The translations under genes were made by a program, and so were the position numbers. This document shows, in pieces, positions 49,598 through 58,682 of a stretch of DNA of 64,000 nt. Source of the stretch: Candidatus Latescibacterota bacterium (GTDB taxonomy: Bacteria > Latescibacterota > UBA2968 > UBA8231). The stretch's first letter is position 1, and each line of letters begins with the position of its first letter. The stretch is from positions 18,916 to 82,915 of the forward strand of contig CBDBIJ010000091.1 in NCBI GenBank assembly GCA_965205655.1, written 5' to 3'. Under the pieces are notes generated by a model. That model saw nothing but the letters and a program-made list of their open reading frames with translations. It was not told where the DNA came from and made no database searches.

Positions 49598-50356
49598 ATG
49601 ACCTTGTCCGGGGACGAGCTCGAGACCTACCACAACAACGGTTTCGTGGTGGTCGAAAATCTGCTGTCGGGGGACGAAGTCGAGAGGCTGCGCCGGCGCG
49701 GCTACACCCACGGAAAGCGACCAGCTGGTGAGCTGCGCATCCAAGTGGAGCCCCGGGTGCAGCGCGGCGAGCTCGAGGTGGCCGAACCCGGCGACGGCAT
49801 CCGCAAGGTCGAGGGACTGGTGGAGGGGGACGATTTGTTCCGCGGCCTCGGCCTTCACGCCAACATCGTCGGCATCGTAGAGCAGATCCTCGGACCCGAT
49901 CTCAAGATGTTCAGGAACTCGCTGCTGCTCAAACCGCCCGAGGTCGGTTCGCAGAAGGGCATGCATCAAGATTCCCCGTATTGGCCGATCGAGCCGATGG
50001 ACCTGTGCTCCTGCTGGTTCGCCCTGGACGACGCCACCGAGGAGAACGGCTGCCTGGGTGTGATCCCGAGGTGGCACCGGAAGGGACCCCTACCGCACGT
50101 CAAAGTAACCGACGACTACGTTGTCGAAGGCGGACACTTCGATTTTGCCGACATGGTCATGGCGCCGGTGCGGGCCGGCGGTGGGGTGTTCTTTCACTCG
50201 TTACTGCCCCACTACACCGCTGCCAATCGCTCCGCCAACTGGCGTCGCGCTATCGTCCTTTCGTACATGTCGGCGAAGTCCAGCTACACCCACGACGGGG
50301 AAGGCCCGCGGTATTTCCCGGTGAAGGGGCAAACCTATTCAGGTGCCGTGCTGTGA
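49598..50356 (+). CDS. Phytanoyl-CoA dioxygenase (PhyH) family Fe(II)/2OG enzyme
   Basis: 'HQD', 'WFALDDAT.ENGCL', 'PH....N.S...RRA'. Confidence 0.92.
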   Translation: MTLSGDELETYHNNGFVVVENLLSGDEVERLRRRGYTHGKRPAGELRIQVEPRVQRGELEVAEPGDGIRKVEGLVEGDDLFRGLGLHANIVGIVEQILGPDLKMFRNSLLLKPPEVGSQKGMHQDSPYWPIEPMDLCSCWFALDDATEENGCLGVIPRWHRKGPLPHVKVTDDYVVEGGHFDFADMVMAPVRAGGGVFFHSLLPHYTAANRSANWRRAIVLSYMSAKSSYTHDGEGPRYFPVKGQTYSGAVL

Positions 50357-50381
50357 AGCTAACCCAGGCTGGGAGGATCGG

Positions 50382-51494
50382 ATGAAGACGCGGGTCGCGT
50401 GGACGCGGGTCTCGTGGGCGCGGATCGCGCTCTGCCTGGTTTCAGTATCACTTTCAGGTGTGGCATGTACAGGCAAGCAGACCGAGCCGGCTGAGATTTC
50501 AGAGAAGACGATCATGTCAGGCGTGTTCACAGTCGACAAGACATACAAATCAATGCTTGGACCCACGATGTCGGGCTGGGCAGTCCCTTTTTCGAACGAG
50601 GCGGAGTTAGTCTGGATCACGGGTTTTCAGTCTATCGTGGTGAGCCCGGACGGCAAGGGGCTGTCCCAGGAATTCATGTGTCATTCCAATTTCAAGTATG
50701 ACCCATCGTCCAATCAGTTGACAGCAATCAAATCCACCAGACACAAGTACGGCAGGTTGTTTACCATATCTCAGGGCCAGGTAGAGGTAGAGTTTCCGGC
50801 TGGTTTCGGCATTCCGGTCATGGGGAATGAGAAATTCCGTCTGGACAATCAGGTGTTGAACATGAACGTGGATACCGTCAGTAGCCAGAATCCGCTAAAA
50901 CTGCGTTACAAAAATGTGGTGTCCCACATAAAGGATAGCGATACGACTGAGAAGATGACGCCTCTCTACCAGTCCGAAGCAGCCGTCTACGCCTCACTCA
51001 ACGGGACGGAATCCTACTTCGGTACGCTGGAGCCGAGCGCCGTGCAGGAGGACGCTGCCTGTCTGCCCGGGATGGACTCATCGGGACAGATGAAGATGTC
51101 GCGCCGAGACGAGCACGGCCAGAATTTTACCTATCACTGGGTGCTCAAGCCAGGCAAGGAAACGAGGAGCACCCTGATCACCGGAATGCTCGATCTTCCG
51201 TTCGACACAACCATTCACTTCATAGCGGTACACATGCATCCTTTTGCAGAGTCTTTGACTTTGAAAGATCTGACGGAGGACGAGGTACTCTTCGAGAGCA
51301 CGATCGAAAGCTTCGAGGACAAGATAGGCCTGAAGAGGACCGAATTTTTCTCTAGTACAGCCGGGATCCCGGTATTCGAAGATCACGAATACGCGCTCGT
51401 CAGTAGTTACAACAACACGACCGAACAGGATCAAGATGCAATGGCGCTGATCTACCTGTACCTGCGCGACAGGGAATTCGAAGGAAATCTGTAA
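50382..51494 (+). CDS. Lipoprotein with PHM-like (Cu type II monooxygenase) C-terminal domain
   Basis: GGAGG RBS; lipobox GVA-C; 'FMCH', 'VHMHPFA', 'YNNT...DAM'. Confidence 0.65.
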   Translation: MKTRVAWTRVSWARIALCLVSVSLSGVACTGKQTEPAEISEKTIMSGVFTVDKTYKSMLGPTMSGWAVPFSNEAELVWITGFQSIVVSPDGKGLSQEFMCHSNFKYDPSSNQLTAIKSTRHKYGRLFTISQGQVEVEFPAGFGIPVMGNEKFRLDNQVLNMNVDTVSSQNPLKLRYKNVVSHIKDSDTTEKMTPLYQSEAAVYASLNGTESYFGTLEPSAVQEDAACLPGMDSSGQMKMSRRDEHGQNFTYHWVLKPGKETRSTLITGMLDLPFDTTIHFIAVHMHPFAESLTLKDLTEDEVLFESTIESFEDKIGLKRTEFFSSTAGIPVFEDHEYALVSSYNNTTEQDQDAMALIYLYLRDREFEGNL

Positions 51495-51532
51495 GCGGAT
51501 GCAGAGTTGGTAGGTCGTTTCAAACGGAGAAC

Positions 51533-53695
51533 GTGATGGCATCGGCAGCAGCTCCACAGGGCAACGATTTCAAACAGATCGCCGGCGGCGGCTACCACAG
51601 CCTGGCCTTGCGCACCGACGGATCCCTCGCGGGCTGGGGCTGGAACGACGACGGCCAGGCAGGTCCGACAGACGGCGAATTCGGCGCCATCTCCGCCGGA
51701 CACTTTCACAGTGTGGCGCTGCGACGCGACGGCAGCATCGCCGCCTTGGGCGTCAACGGAAGCGGCGAGAGCGAGGCTCCGCAGGGGAATGACTTCGTCG
51801 CCGTGGCGGCGAATCAGGAGTCCAGCATGGCCGTCCGCAGCGACGGCGCCGTCGTCGGATGGGGCCGAAACAGCAGCGGCCAGCTCGACGTGCCCGAAAG
51901 CGGAGATTTCGTCGCGGCGGCATTGACAACGCGCACGGCAGCGTGCGTGCGACGGGACGGATCGCTCGCCGCGTGGGGTTTTGCCGACACGGGCGCCTGC
52001 GATGTCCCCGAAGGTGAGTTCGTCGTCGTCGACGGGGGCATGTATCACTTCGTCGGGTTGAGGAAGGACGGCACGATCGCCGTTTGGGGAGAGTACCGAC
52101 CCAAGGACGACATCGTCGAGCAACCCGCCGGCGCCAACTTCACCGACGTCGCCGCCGGGAGGCATCACTGTGTCGGCCTGCGCGACGGGTCGCTGTGCGG
52201 TTGGGGATTCAACGGCTACGGCCAATGTGAGACGCCGGAGGGCACCGACTTCGTCGCCGTCGCCGCCGGAGGATGGCACAGCCTCGCCGTGCGCAGCGAC
52301 GGGTCGATCGTCCAGTGGGGGCATATCCCAACCCCGGCGGAGGGGCCGGTCCCCGATTGGAAACGGCTACCGGAGCCGACTGTGGTCCAGACCCTGTATA
52401 GAGACGGCGTGCCCCACACCGACAGCCAGGGTCGACTGATGATGGAGTACGATCCCGCCAGATCCTTTTTCCCTATCGGCATATACAGCGGGCCCTACGA
52501 GGCCGACTTCGACAGCCTCAAAGCGGCGGGGTACAACTGCATCCAGGCGCCCCACATGTCGGACGAACAGGCGCTGGAGAGGATCGAGGAGTACGATCTG
52601 CAGCTCCTCTGGCAGAAGTACGGCGACGACGAATTCTGGGAGAAGCGGGCGGCGCTGAAGGGCTTCAGGCGCGAGAGAATCCTGGCGAACTACGCCATCG
52701 ACGAGCCCTACGTCTTCACCACGGGCTCGGGAAAGACCCACAACGACCCACTCGACGAGATTCAAAAGGGATGGCGGCAGACCTACGAGAAGAACGAGGC
52801 GGCTGTCAAAAAGCTGTTCCCCGACCTGCCGGTGTTCCTCAACATGTCGCCGGTTGCGGACTCGCCCCAAAACGGCTGGGGGGAATGGATCCGCAGGAGC
52901 GACATAGCCAGTCTCGACAACTATCCGTTCAAGAACGCGCATACCCGGATCAGCGAATTGTCCTCACCCACGATCGGCGTGCCGCGAACGGTGTGGGCGG
53001 CGGCGACGGCGGTAGAGCAGAAGAAGCCGGTATGGTACATCGCGCCAGCCTTCGAGCAGCCGATCGGCGGCGCGGACTATTACTTCCGCTTTCCCACTGA
53101 GATGGAACTGAGGGCTGCTGTCTACGCAGGCCTCATCCATGGCGCCACCGGAATCATCTTTTTCGCCTGGGACGGCTGGCAATCCCGGGGTGGGCAGGTA
53201 GTCGGCATAAATCCGGCTCCGGAAGGGGACCCCGAGCATGAGGAACGGAACGAGCGCTCATCGATCGCCTCGGCGACTCAGATGCTCTCGTCGAAATCGC
53301 TGTGGCACGCGGCGGCGCAGATCAACTCGGAGTTGCACGAGCTGATTCCTGTCATTCTGGCGCCCACAGTGGGTCCGGAGGTCGGGTACTCTCTGGAGAT
53401 AGATACGCCAAGCCGGCAGATCACCAAGGCTGACATCCGCGCCATGCTCAAGCCGCATCCCGACGGCGGCTACGTGCTGCTCACCGTGAACATCGACGAG
53501 GCGACGCTGAACGCGACCTGGACCTTTCCCGAGGAGCTCGAGTCCGTCGAACTGCTGTTCGAGAGCCGTCCCGACAACTTTATGAAGGGTGAGTGCGGAA
53601 CCATGGATCACCCGTCCCAGCCCGCATCAAACCGGTCCTTTTCCGTTCATTACCCGCCCTTCGCAACGCACCTGTTTCGAATCCGACCAAAGTGA
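51533..53695 (+). CDS. RCC1 repeat / glycoside hydrolase-like fusion, paralog of 31726-33966
   Basis: Collinear with the paralog (QTLYR.GVPHTDSQG..M.EYDP.RSF, IDEPYVFT, ADIRAMLKPHPDGG). Confidence 0.8.
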   Translation: MMASAAAPQGNDFKQIAGGGYHSLALRTDGSLAGWGWNDDGQAGPTDGEFGAISAGHFHSVALRRDGSIAALGVNGSGESEAPQGNDFVAVAANQESSMAVRSDGAVVGWGRNSSGQLDVPESGDFVAAALTTRTAACVRRDGSLAAWGFADTGACDVPEGEFVVVDGGMYHFVGLRKDGTIAVWGEYRPKDDIVEQPAGANFTDVAAGRHHCVGLRDGSLCGWGFNGYGQCETPEGTDFVAVAAGGWHSLAVRSDGSIVQWGHIPTPAEGPVPDWKRLPEPTVVQTLYRDGVPHTDSQGRLMMEYDPARSFFPIGIYSGPYEADFDSLKAAGYNCIQAPHMSDEQALERIEEYDLQLLWQKYGDDEFWEKRAALKGFRRERILANYAIDEPYVFTTGSGKTHNDPLDEIQKGWRQTYEKNEAAVKKLFPDLPVFLNMSPVADSPQNGWGEWIRRSDIASLDNYPFKNAHTRISELSSPTIGVPRTVWAAATAVEQKKPVWYIAPAFEQPIGGADYYFRFPTEMELRAAVYAGLIHGATGIIFFAWDGWQSRGGQVVGINPAPEGDPEHEERNERSSIASATQMLSSKSLWHAAAQINSELHELIPVILAPTVGPEVGYSLEIDTPSRQITKADIRAMLKPHPDGGYVLLTVNIDEATLNATWTFPEELESVELLFESRPDNFMKGECGTMDHPSQPASNRSFSVHYPPFATHLFRIRPK

Positions 53696-55872
53696 GCCAG
53701 GGCGAGGACTATCCCGGCTGGCAGACTCCCTATCCCTGGCTCGTGGATGGGGTGTCTCGGGAAATGCTGTTCGAGTTTCACCTGTCGCTCTACGACGGTG
53801 CGCTCGAAGAACGGCGGCGCCTCTACGAAAACCTGACGCTCGATTCCTGGGAGACCGAACGGAATCGCCTCCGGCGTCTCTTTCGGGAGATGTTCGGGCC
53901 ATTTCCGGACAAATGCGATCTGGCGCCTCGGACTACGGGGAGTCTCGAGCGCGATGGCTACCGGGTCGAGAATGTCATCTTCGATAGCGTCCCCGGGCTG
54001 CAGATAACCGCCAATCTCTACCTCCCCGAACCGCTGGACGAGCAAGTACCGGGTATCGCGCTCGCCTGCGGCCATTCCAATATCGCCAAAGCCTATTCCG
54101 GATATCAGAAGGCGGCCATCGACATGGCTCGCCGCGGCATGGTGGTGCTGTGCTTCGACCCCTTCGGCCAGGGCGAGCGAATGATGTGGGACCGCGTCCG
54201 CAATCGCATGCTCACCTACCCCGAGCACGACGTGCTCGACCGCGCCGCCGTCCTCGCCGGGACGAGCTCTTCTGGCGAGTACACCTGGGACTGCGTGCGC
54301 AGCATCGACTATCTCGTCTCGCGGCCCGAGGTCGACGGGGCCATGATCGGTCTCACCGGCTGCTCGGGCGGTGGCACCCAGACGACCTTCGCGGCGACGG
54401 TGGACGACCGCATCGCCGCCGCCGTGCCGATCTGCTTCGTCACGAGCATGCGCGAGCGCCTGCTCTCGCGCGAGCCGGGGGACAGCGAGCAGTACCCCTA
54501 CAACCTGCTCAAACTCGGACTCGAGTACGCCGATTTCCTCGCCATGTTGGCGCCGAAGCCCGTTCTCATAGCGGCGGCAAAGGAGGACTACTTCCCCCTC
54601 AAGGGGGCGCGCGACACAGTGGCGATGCTGAAACGGATCTACGACCTGAGCGGCGATGCCGAGAAAGTCGATCTGTTCGAGGGACCGGGGAAGCACGGCC
54701 TGAGCGACGAGATCCGGCGGGCCACGAGCGATTGGTTCTGCCGCTGGTTCGGCCTGCCGATACCGGACGAGGATCCGGCAGCCGAGCCCGAGCCCGAAAA
54801 GGCGTTGTGGTCGACGCGCTCCGGACAGCTGGCTGCAGACGGCAGCGGCAAGAATTGGTACGTCGCCTCGGAACAGCTGGTGCCGCCGATGGAGGAGCTG
54901 CGTGAAAAGGGAGTCGATGTGAATGAGCTGCGCCGCACGCTCGCCTTACCCGCCACGTCGGCGTCTCTGAAGGTCGAATCGAGGCAGGAGGAAGAGGGCA
55001 TCACATGTTTTCGCGTCCAGTCCGAGCCCGGGATCATCATTCCGGCCGTGCTGTTCGGCCCGGACACCGGGGCATCCGAGCTCGCGGCTTCAGGGGCTCT
55101 CGTTCTGTACTGCCACGAAGACGGCATGCAGGCGGAAGCGGGACCCGCCGGCATGATCGACCAACTCCGGAAGGCGGGCCATCACGTCCTCGCCTTCGAT
55201 CCGCGAGGTGTCGGCCTTACCCGCGGCGAGTCCCACGGCTGGTGGGGGAACTCCACAGCCCAGCACTTCAAGGAGATGGAGATAGACGGGTCCTTCTCGC
55301 CCGAGGCGATTCTCGGTTTCAACGATCCCGCCTACGAAGGGCCGATGGCGACGGAGTGCGAACACTCGTGGACGGCGCGCATGTTGGGTCGACCGCTCTT
55401 CGGACAACGGGTTCTGGATGTGCTGCGGGTCGTCGAGCTGGCGGGTTCGCGCCAGGATCTCGCCGAGCTTCCCGTGATCCTGATGGGGTCGGGGATCGGG
55501 GCGCTGTGGGCCCTCTACGCCAGCCCTTTTGCGCCAGAGCGAGTGCGCGCGCTGCTGCTTCACGCGCCACTGGCCAGCTACCGGCTCCTGCTCGAAGAGC
55601 CGCGAGCGATGTGGCATCACCAGGTGCTGGTGCGAAATCTGCCGGCGGTGGGCGACTGTCCCGCCCTTTTGACAGCCTGGTCGCCGCGGCCAGCTCTCGT
55701 GATGGATCCAAACGGCGCCTTCCGCACGCCGATCTCAGCCTGGGAAGCGGAGCGGATCCTCGGTCGGCAGCTCGCTGAGGGGCTCACGGTGCGATGGACC
55801 GGAAGCGAGGCGACGGCAGCCGGACTCGTGGTCGACAACCTGAAGCGATTCCAGCCGGTATCGTCTGCGTGA
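53692..55872 (+). CDS. Acetylxylan-esterase-like tandem alpha/beta hydrolase
   Basis: 'CGHS', 'GQGER', 'RSIDYL..RPEVD', nucleophile motif 'GCSGGG', second hydrolase-like half. GTG 53692 overlaps the upstream stop. Confidence 0.87.
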   Translation: MSQGEDYPGWQTPYPWLVDGVSREMLFEFHLSLYDGALEERRRLYENLTLDSWETERNRLRRLFREMFGPFPDKCDLAPRTTGSLERDGYRVENVIFDSVPGLQITANLYLPEPLDEQVPGIALACGHSNIAKAYSGYQKAAIDMARRGMVVLCFDPFGQGERMMWDRVRNRMLTYPEHDVLDRAAVLAGTSSSGEYTWDCVRSIDYLVSRPEVDGAMIGLTGCSGGGTQTTFAATVDDRIAAAVPICFVTSMRERLLSREPGDSEQYPYNLLKLGLEYADFLAMLAPKPVLIAAAKEDYFPLKGARDTVAMLKRIYDLSGDAEKVDLFEGPGKHGLSDEIRRATSDWFCRWFGLPIPDEDPAAEPEPEKALWSTRSGQLAADGSGKNWYVASEQLVPPMEELREKGVDVNELRRTLALPATSASLKVESRQEEEGITCFRVQSEPGIIIPAVLFGPDTGASELAASGALVLYCHEDGMQAEAGPAGMIDQLRKAGHHVLAFDPRGVGLTRGESHGWWGNSTAQHFKEMEIDGSFSPEAILGFNDPAYEGPMATECEHSWTARMLGRPLFGQRVLDVLRVVELAGSRQDLAELPVILMGSGIGALWALYASPFAPERVRALLLHAPLASYRLLLEEPRAMWHHQVLVRNLPAVGDCPALLTAWSPRPALVMDPNGAFRTPISAWEAERILGRQLAEGLTVRWTGSEATAAGLVVDNLKRFQPVSSA

Positions 55873-55913
55873 TCACCCGGCCACTCCAGTCCGAGCTTCA
55901 GTAAGGCAATCCA

Positions 55914-57584
55914 ATGTCACTGACCCTCACCGTCATCGACGAACTCGATCGCGCCTTCCAGGACAGTTGGCCGCGAGCGAATGGGCCATCCGAGCCGATC
56001 GAGCTCATGGCGGCTCGAGGTGGACACGTCGGGACTCAGCTCGTGGTGGGAGCTGCCGGCGAAGCCGTGAATGTGCGCGCCGGGGACCTGAGGCGCCGTC
56101 GGAGTGGAGCGCTTCCTGCTCCCACCGTCTTCCATGTGCGCTTCGTGCCACTCGAAAAGAACACGTCATACAACGACTCCTTTCTGCCGGAGGGGGTCTT
56201 CGACATGACGACGAGCGACCCGACGCCGAAGGAGTTGCGCCAGCTCGTGCGGCGGGCGCCGTGTGAGATCGCCGAGGTCCTCGTGCCCGCGAATGAAGGG
56301 ATCAGCGAGGACAGTCGGCCGGTCGTCCTCTTCATCGACTACGAGATCCCCCGCGATGCCAGTCCGGGACGCTACAGCCACCTCGTCGAGGTTCGCTCCG
56401 GCAGCGAGCAGATCGAGCTACGGATTGAAGTGGAGGTGTTCGCTGCCTCGCTGCCTGAGTCACAGCAGCTGAGGATCACCAACTGGTTCAGCCTGCCCGA
56501 GATAGCATCCAAACACGGCGTCGAGATGTGGGACGAGGAATACTGGTCACTGTTGCGCCAGTACGCCCGGATCATGAAGGCGCACGGCCAGACGATGTTC
56601 TGGCTGCAGCGGCAGGTCTTCGACCTGACAGTCGTCGACGGAGAGGTCGGCGTCGACTGGGGGCAGGTAGAGCGCTATATCAAGCTGTTCCTCGACGAGG
56701 GTTTCACCGAGATCGAAGGTCCACACCTCAGCGATCGCCGTTCTGGTGCCGACAACGTTACGCACCTGACCTGGGCCACTTCGCTCACACAGCGAAAACG
56801 GAGACTTGGTCCCGTACCGACGACGATGGAGAGCCACAAGCTGCTGCGCCAGTGGCTGACGCCGCTGTGGGATCTCGTCAAAACGCGGAGGTGGGATTCA
56901 CGCTACTACCAGCACGTCTTCGACGAGCCGCTCGACGAACAGGCCGAGCACTACCGCCACCTGGCGCTCATCGTGCGGCAGTTGATGCCAGGTGTTCGTT
57001 TGATGGACGCCTTGCACATTCATGGCCTGAACGGCGCCTCGGATGTGATGGTGCCCTCCTACTTGGGCGGGGTTCGCAGGGAACGAAAGTTCGCGGCCGA
57101 GTTCCAGGCTCTCGGCATCGAGATGTGGTACTACACCTGTTGCTGCCCGCGTGGACGGTGGCTGAACCGCTTTCTCGATTTTCCCTTGATCCGCACGAGA
57201 TTATTGCACTGGTACAACTATATCACCGGAACCACCGGTTACCTCCATTGGGGACTCAATCAGTACCGTGGTATGAACCCGTGGAAGCAGACTGTGATTG
57301 ACGCCGAGAATCATCCCGACGGGGTGGTCGTGCTGCCCCCCGGCGACACGCATGTCGTCTGGCCGGGAGAGGGGACGGCGTACGGGTCTCTACGGTTCAC
57401 GGCCATGCGCAACGGTATCGAGGACTACGAGCTGCTAGCGATGTTGCGGGACGAGGAGGGGACGCGCGCCAAGCGAGCCGACGAGATCGCGGATCTGGTC
57501 ATTCGCAACGGCACTTCGTACGTTCAGGATCCGGTGAGATTCACGGGGCTGCGACGCCAGTTGCTCGAGCTGGCGAGCTCCTGA
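55914..57584 (+). CDS. DUF4091 / GH123-like glycoside hydrolase, paralog of 29098-30834
   Basis: Long identical peptides shared with the paralog (DFPLIRTRLLHWYNYITGTTGYLHWGLN; YGSLRFTAMRNGIEDYEL). Confidence 0.85.
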   Translation: MSLTLTVIDELDRAFQDSWPRANGPSEPIELMAARGGHVGTQLVVGAAGEAVNVRAGDLRRRRSGALPAPTVFHVRFVPLEKNTSYNDSFLPEGVFDMTTSDPTPKELRQLVRRAPCEIAEVLVPANEGISEDSRPVVLFIDYEIPRDASPGRYSHLVEVRSGSEQIELRIEVEVFAASLPESQQLRITNWFSLPEIASKHGVEMWDEEYWSLLRQYARIMKAHGQTMFWLQRQVFDLTVVDGEVGVDWGQVERYIKLFLDEGFTEIEGPHLSDRRSGADNVTHLTWATSLTQRKRRLGPVPTTMESHKLLRQWLTPLWDLVKTRRWDSRYYQHVFDEPLDEQAEHYRHLALIVRQLMPGVRLMDALHIHGLNGASDVMVPSYLGGVRRERKFAAEFQALGIEMWYYTCCCPRGRWLNRFLDFPLIRTRLLHWYNYITGTTGYLHWGLNQYRGMNPWKQTVIDAENHPDGVVVLPPGDTHVVWPGEGTAYGSLRFTAMRNGIEDYELLAMLRDEEGTRAKRADEIADLVIRNGTSYVQDPVRFTGLRRQLLELASS

Positions 57585-57613
57585 CGTAGCGCGCGTGCCA
57601 GTCCCGAGCGGGA

Positions 57614-58582
57614 TCACTCTTCAGAAAGCAGAATCTCCGACAGCAGGATCGGCTCGACGTTGCCGCCGCTGATCACCGCCACGGTGGTCTCAGCTTTGGG
57701 CAGTTCGCTCTGATGAAAGAGAAACGCGGCAAATGAGACGGCGCCGCTCGGCTCCGCCATCAACCGAGCGTTGAGAATGAGACGCCGCATCGCCTCCCGG
57801 ATCTCCGCCTCGCTCACGGTGATGATGTCGTCGACGAATTCGCGGATGTGGGCGAACGTGACGTCGCCGATGCGGGTGGCCCGCATACCATCGGCGATCG
57901 TCTGCCGAATCTGCTCGAGAGGAAGCTCGACGATCTCTCCTTTGTAGAAGCTCTGCCGGGCATCGTCGCCCACTTCCGGTTCCACGCCGATCACCTTGGC
58001 GTCCGAGCCGCTCAGTTTTACCGCGGCAGCCACACCGCTGATCAGGCCGCCGCCGCCGATCGGCACCAGAACCAAACCCACGTCGGGCAGATCCTCGATG
58101 ATCTCGAGCCCCGCTGTCCCCTGACCGGCGACGATTACCTCATCGTTGAACGGGGTTACCATGACGAGGTCGTTCTTCTCGGCCAGCTCTTCGGCTGCGA
58201 GACGCCAATCCTCTTCTGACCCCCCTTCCAAAAGTACGATCTCCGCGCCGAGAGCCTTCGTCCTCTTCTTCTTTATTTCCGGGGCGATCGCCGGCATGAC
58301 GATCGTCGACTTGACGCCGAGCGCCCGCGCCGCGTAGGCCACGCCCTGGGCGTGGTTACCGCTGGAAAAGGCGACGACACCCCGGTCTCTCTCCTCCTGC
58401 GACAAGGAGGCGATCTTGTTGTAGGCGCCGCGCAGCTTGAACGCGCCGATGGGCTGGAGGCTTTCGGGCTTGAAGTAGAGGCGCCCGCCGGACTCAGAGC
58501 TCGGGCATTCGATCAGAGGCGTGCGTGCGGCCACTCCCTCAATGCGCCGTTGCGCCGCGCGGATATCGTCGATCGTTACCAT
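57614..58582 (-). CDS. Threonine/serine dehydratase (PLP-dependent, short form)
   Basis: 'K.ESLQ..GAFKLRGA', 'SSGNHAQG', 'PIGGGGL', 'EPSGA', 'SGGN'. Confidence 0.93.
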   Translation of the reverse strand: MVTIDDIRAAQRRIEGVAARTPLIECPSSESGGRLYFKPESLQPIGAFKLRGAYNKIASLSQEERDRGVVAFSSGNHAQGVAYAARALGVKSTIVMPAIAPEIKKKRTKALGAEIVLLEGGSEEDWRLAAEELAEKNDLVMVTPFNDEVIVAGQGTAGLEIIEDLPDVGLVLVPIGGGGLISGVAAAVKLSGSDAKVIGVEPEVGDDARQSFYKGEIVELPLEQIRQTIADGMRATRIGDVTFAHIREFVDDIITVSEAEIREAMRRLILNARLMAEPSGAVSFAAFLFHQSELPKAETTVAVISGGNVEPILLSEILLSEE

Positions 58583-58682
58583 GCATCAGATAATAGCGAA
58601 TCGAGCTTCGATTGACACCTGTCGCGGCGATGGGTAACGTCTGCAGCTTGCCCCCGCAGCCATCTCAGAGATTGGAGCCCTA

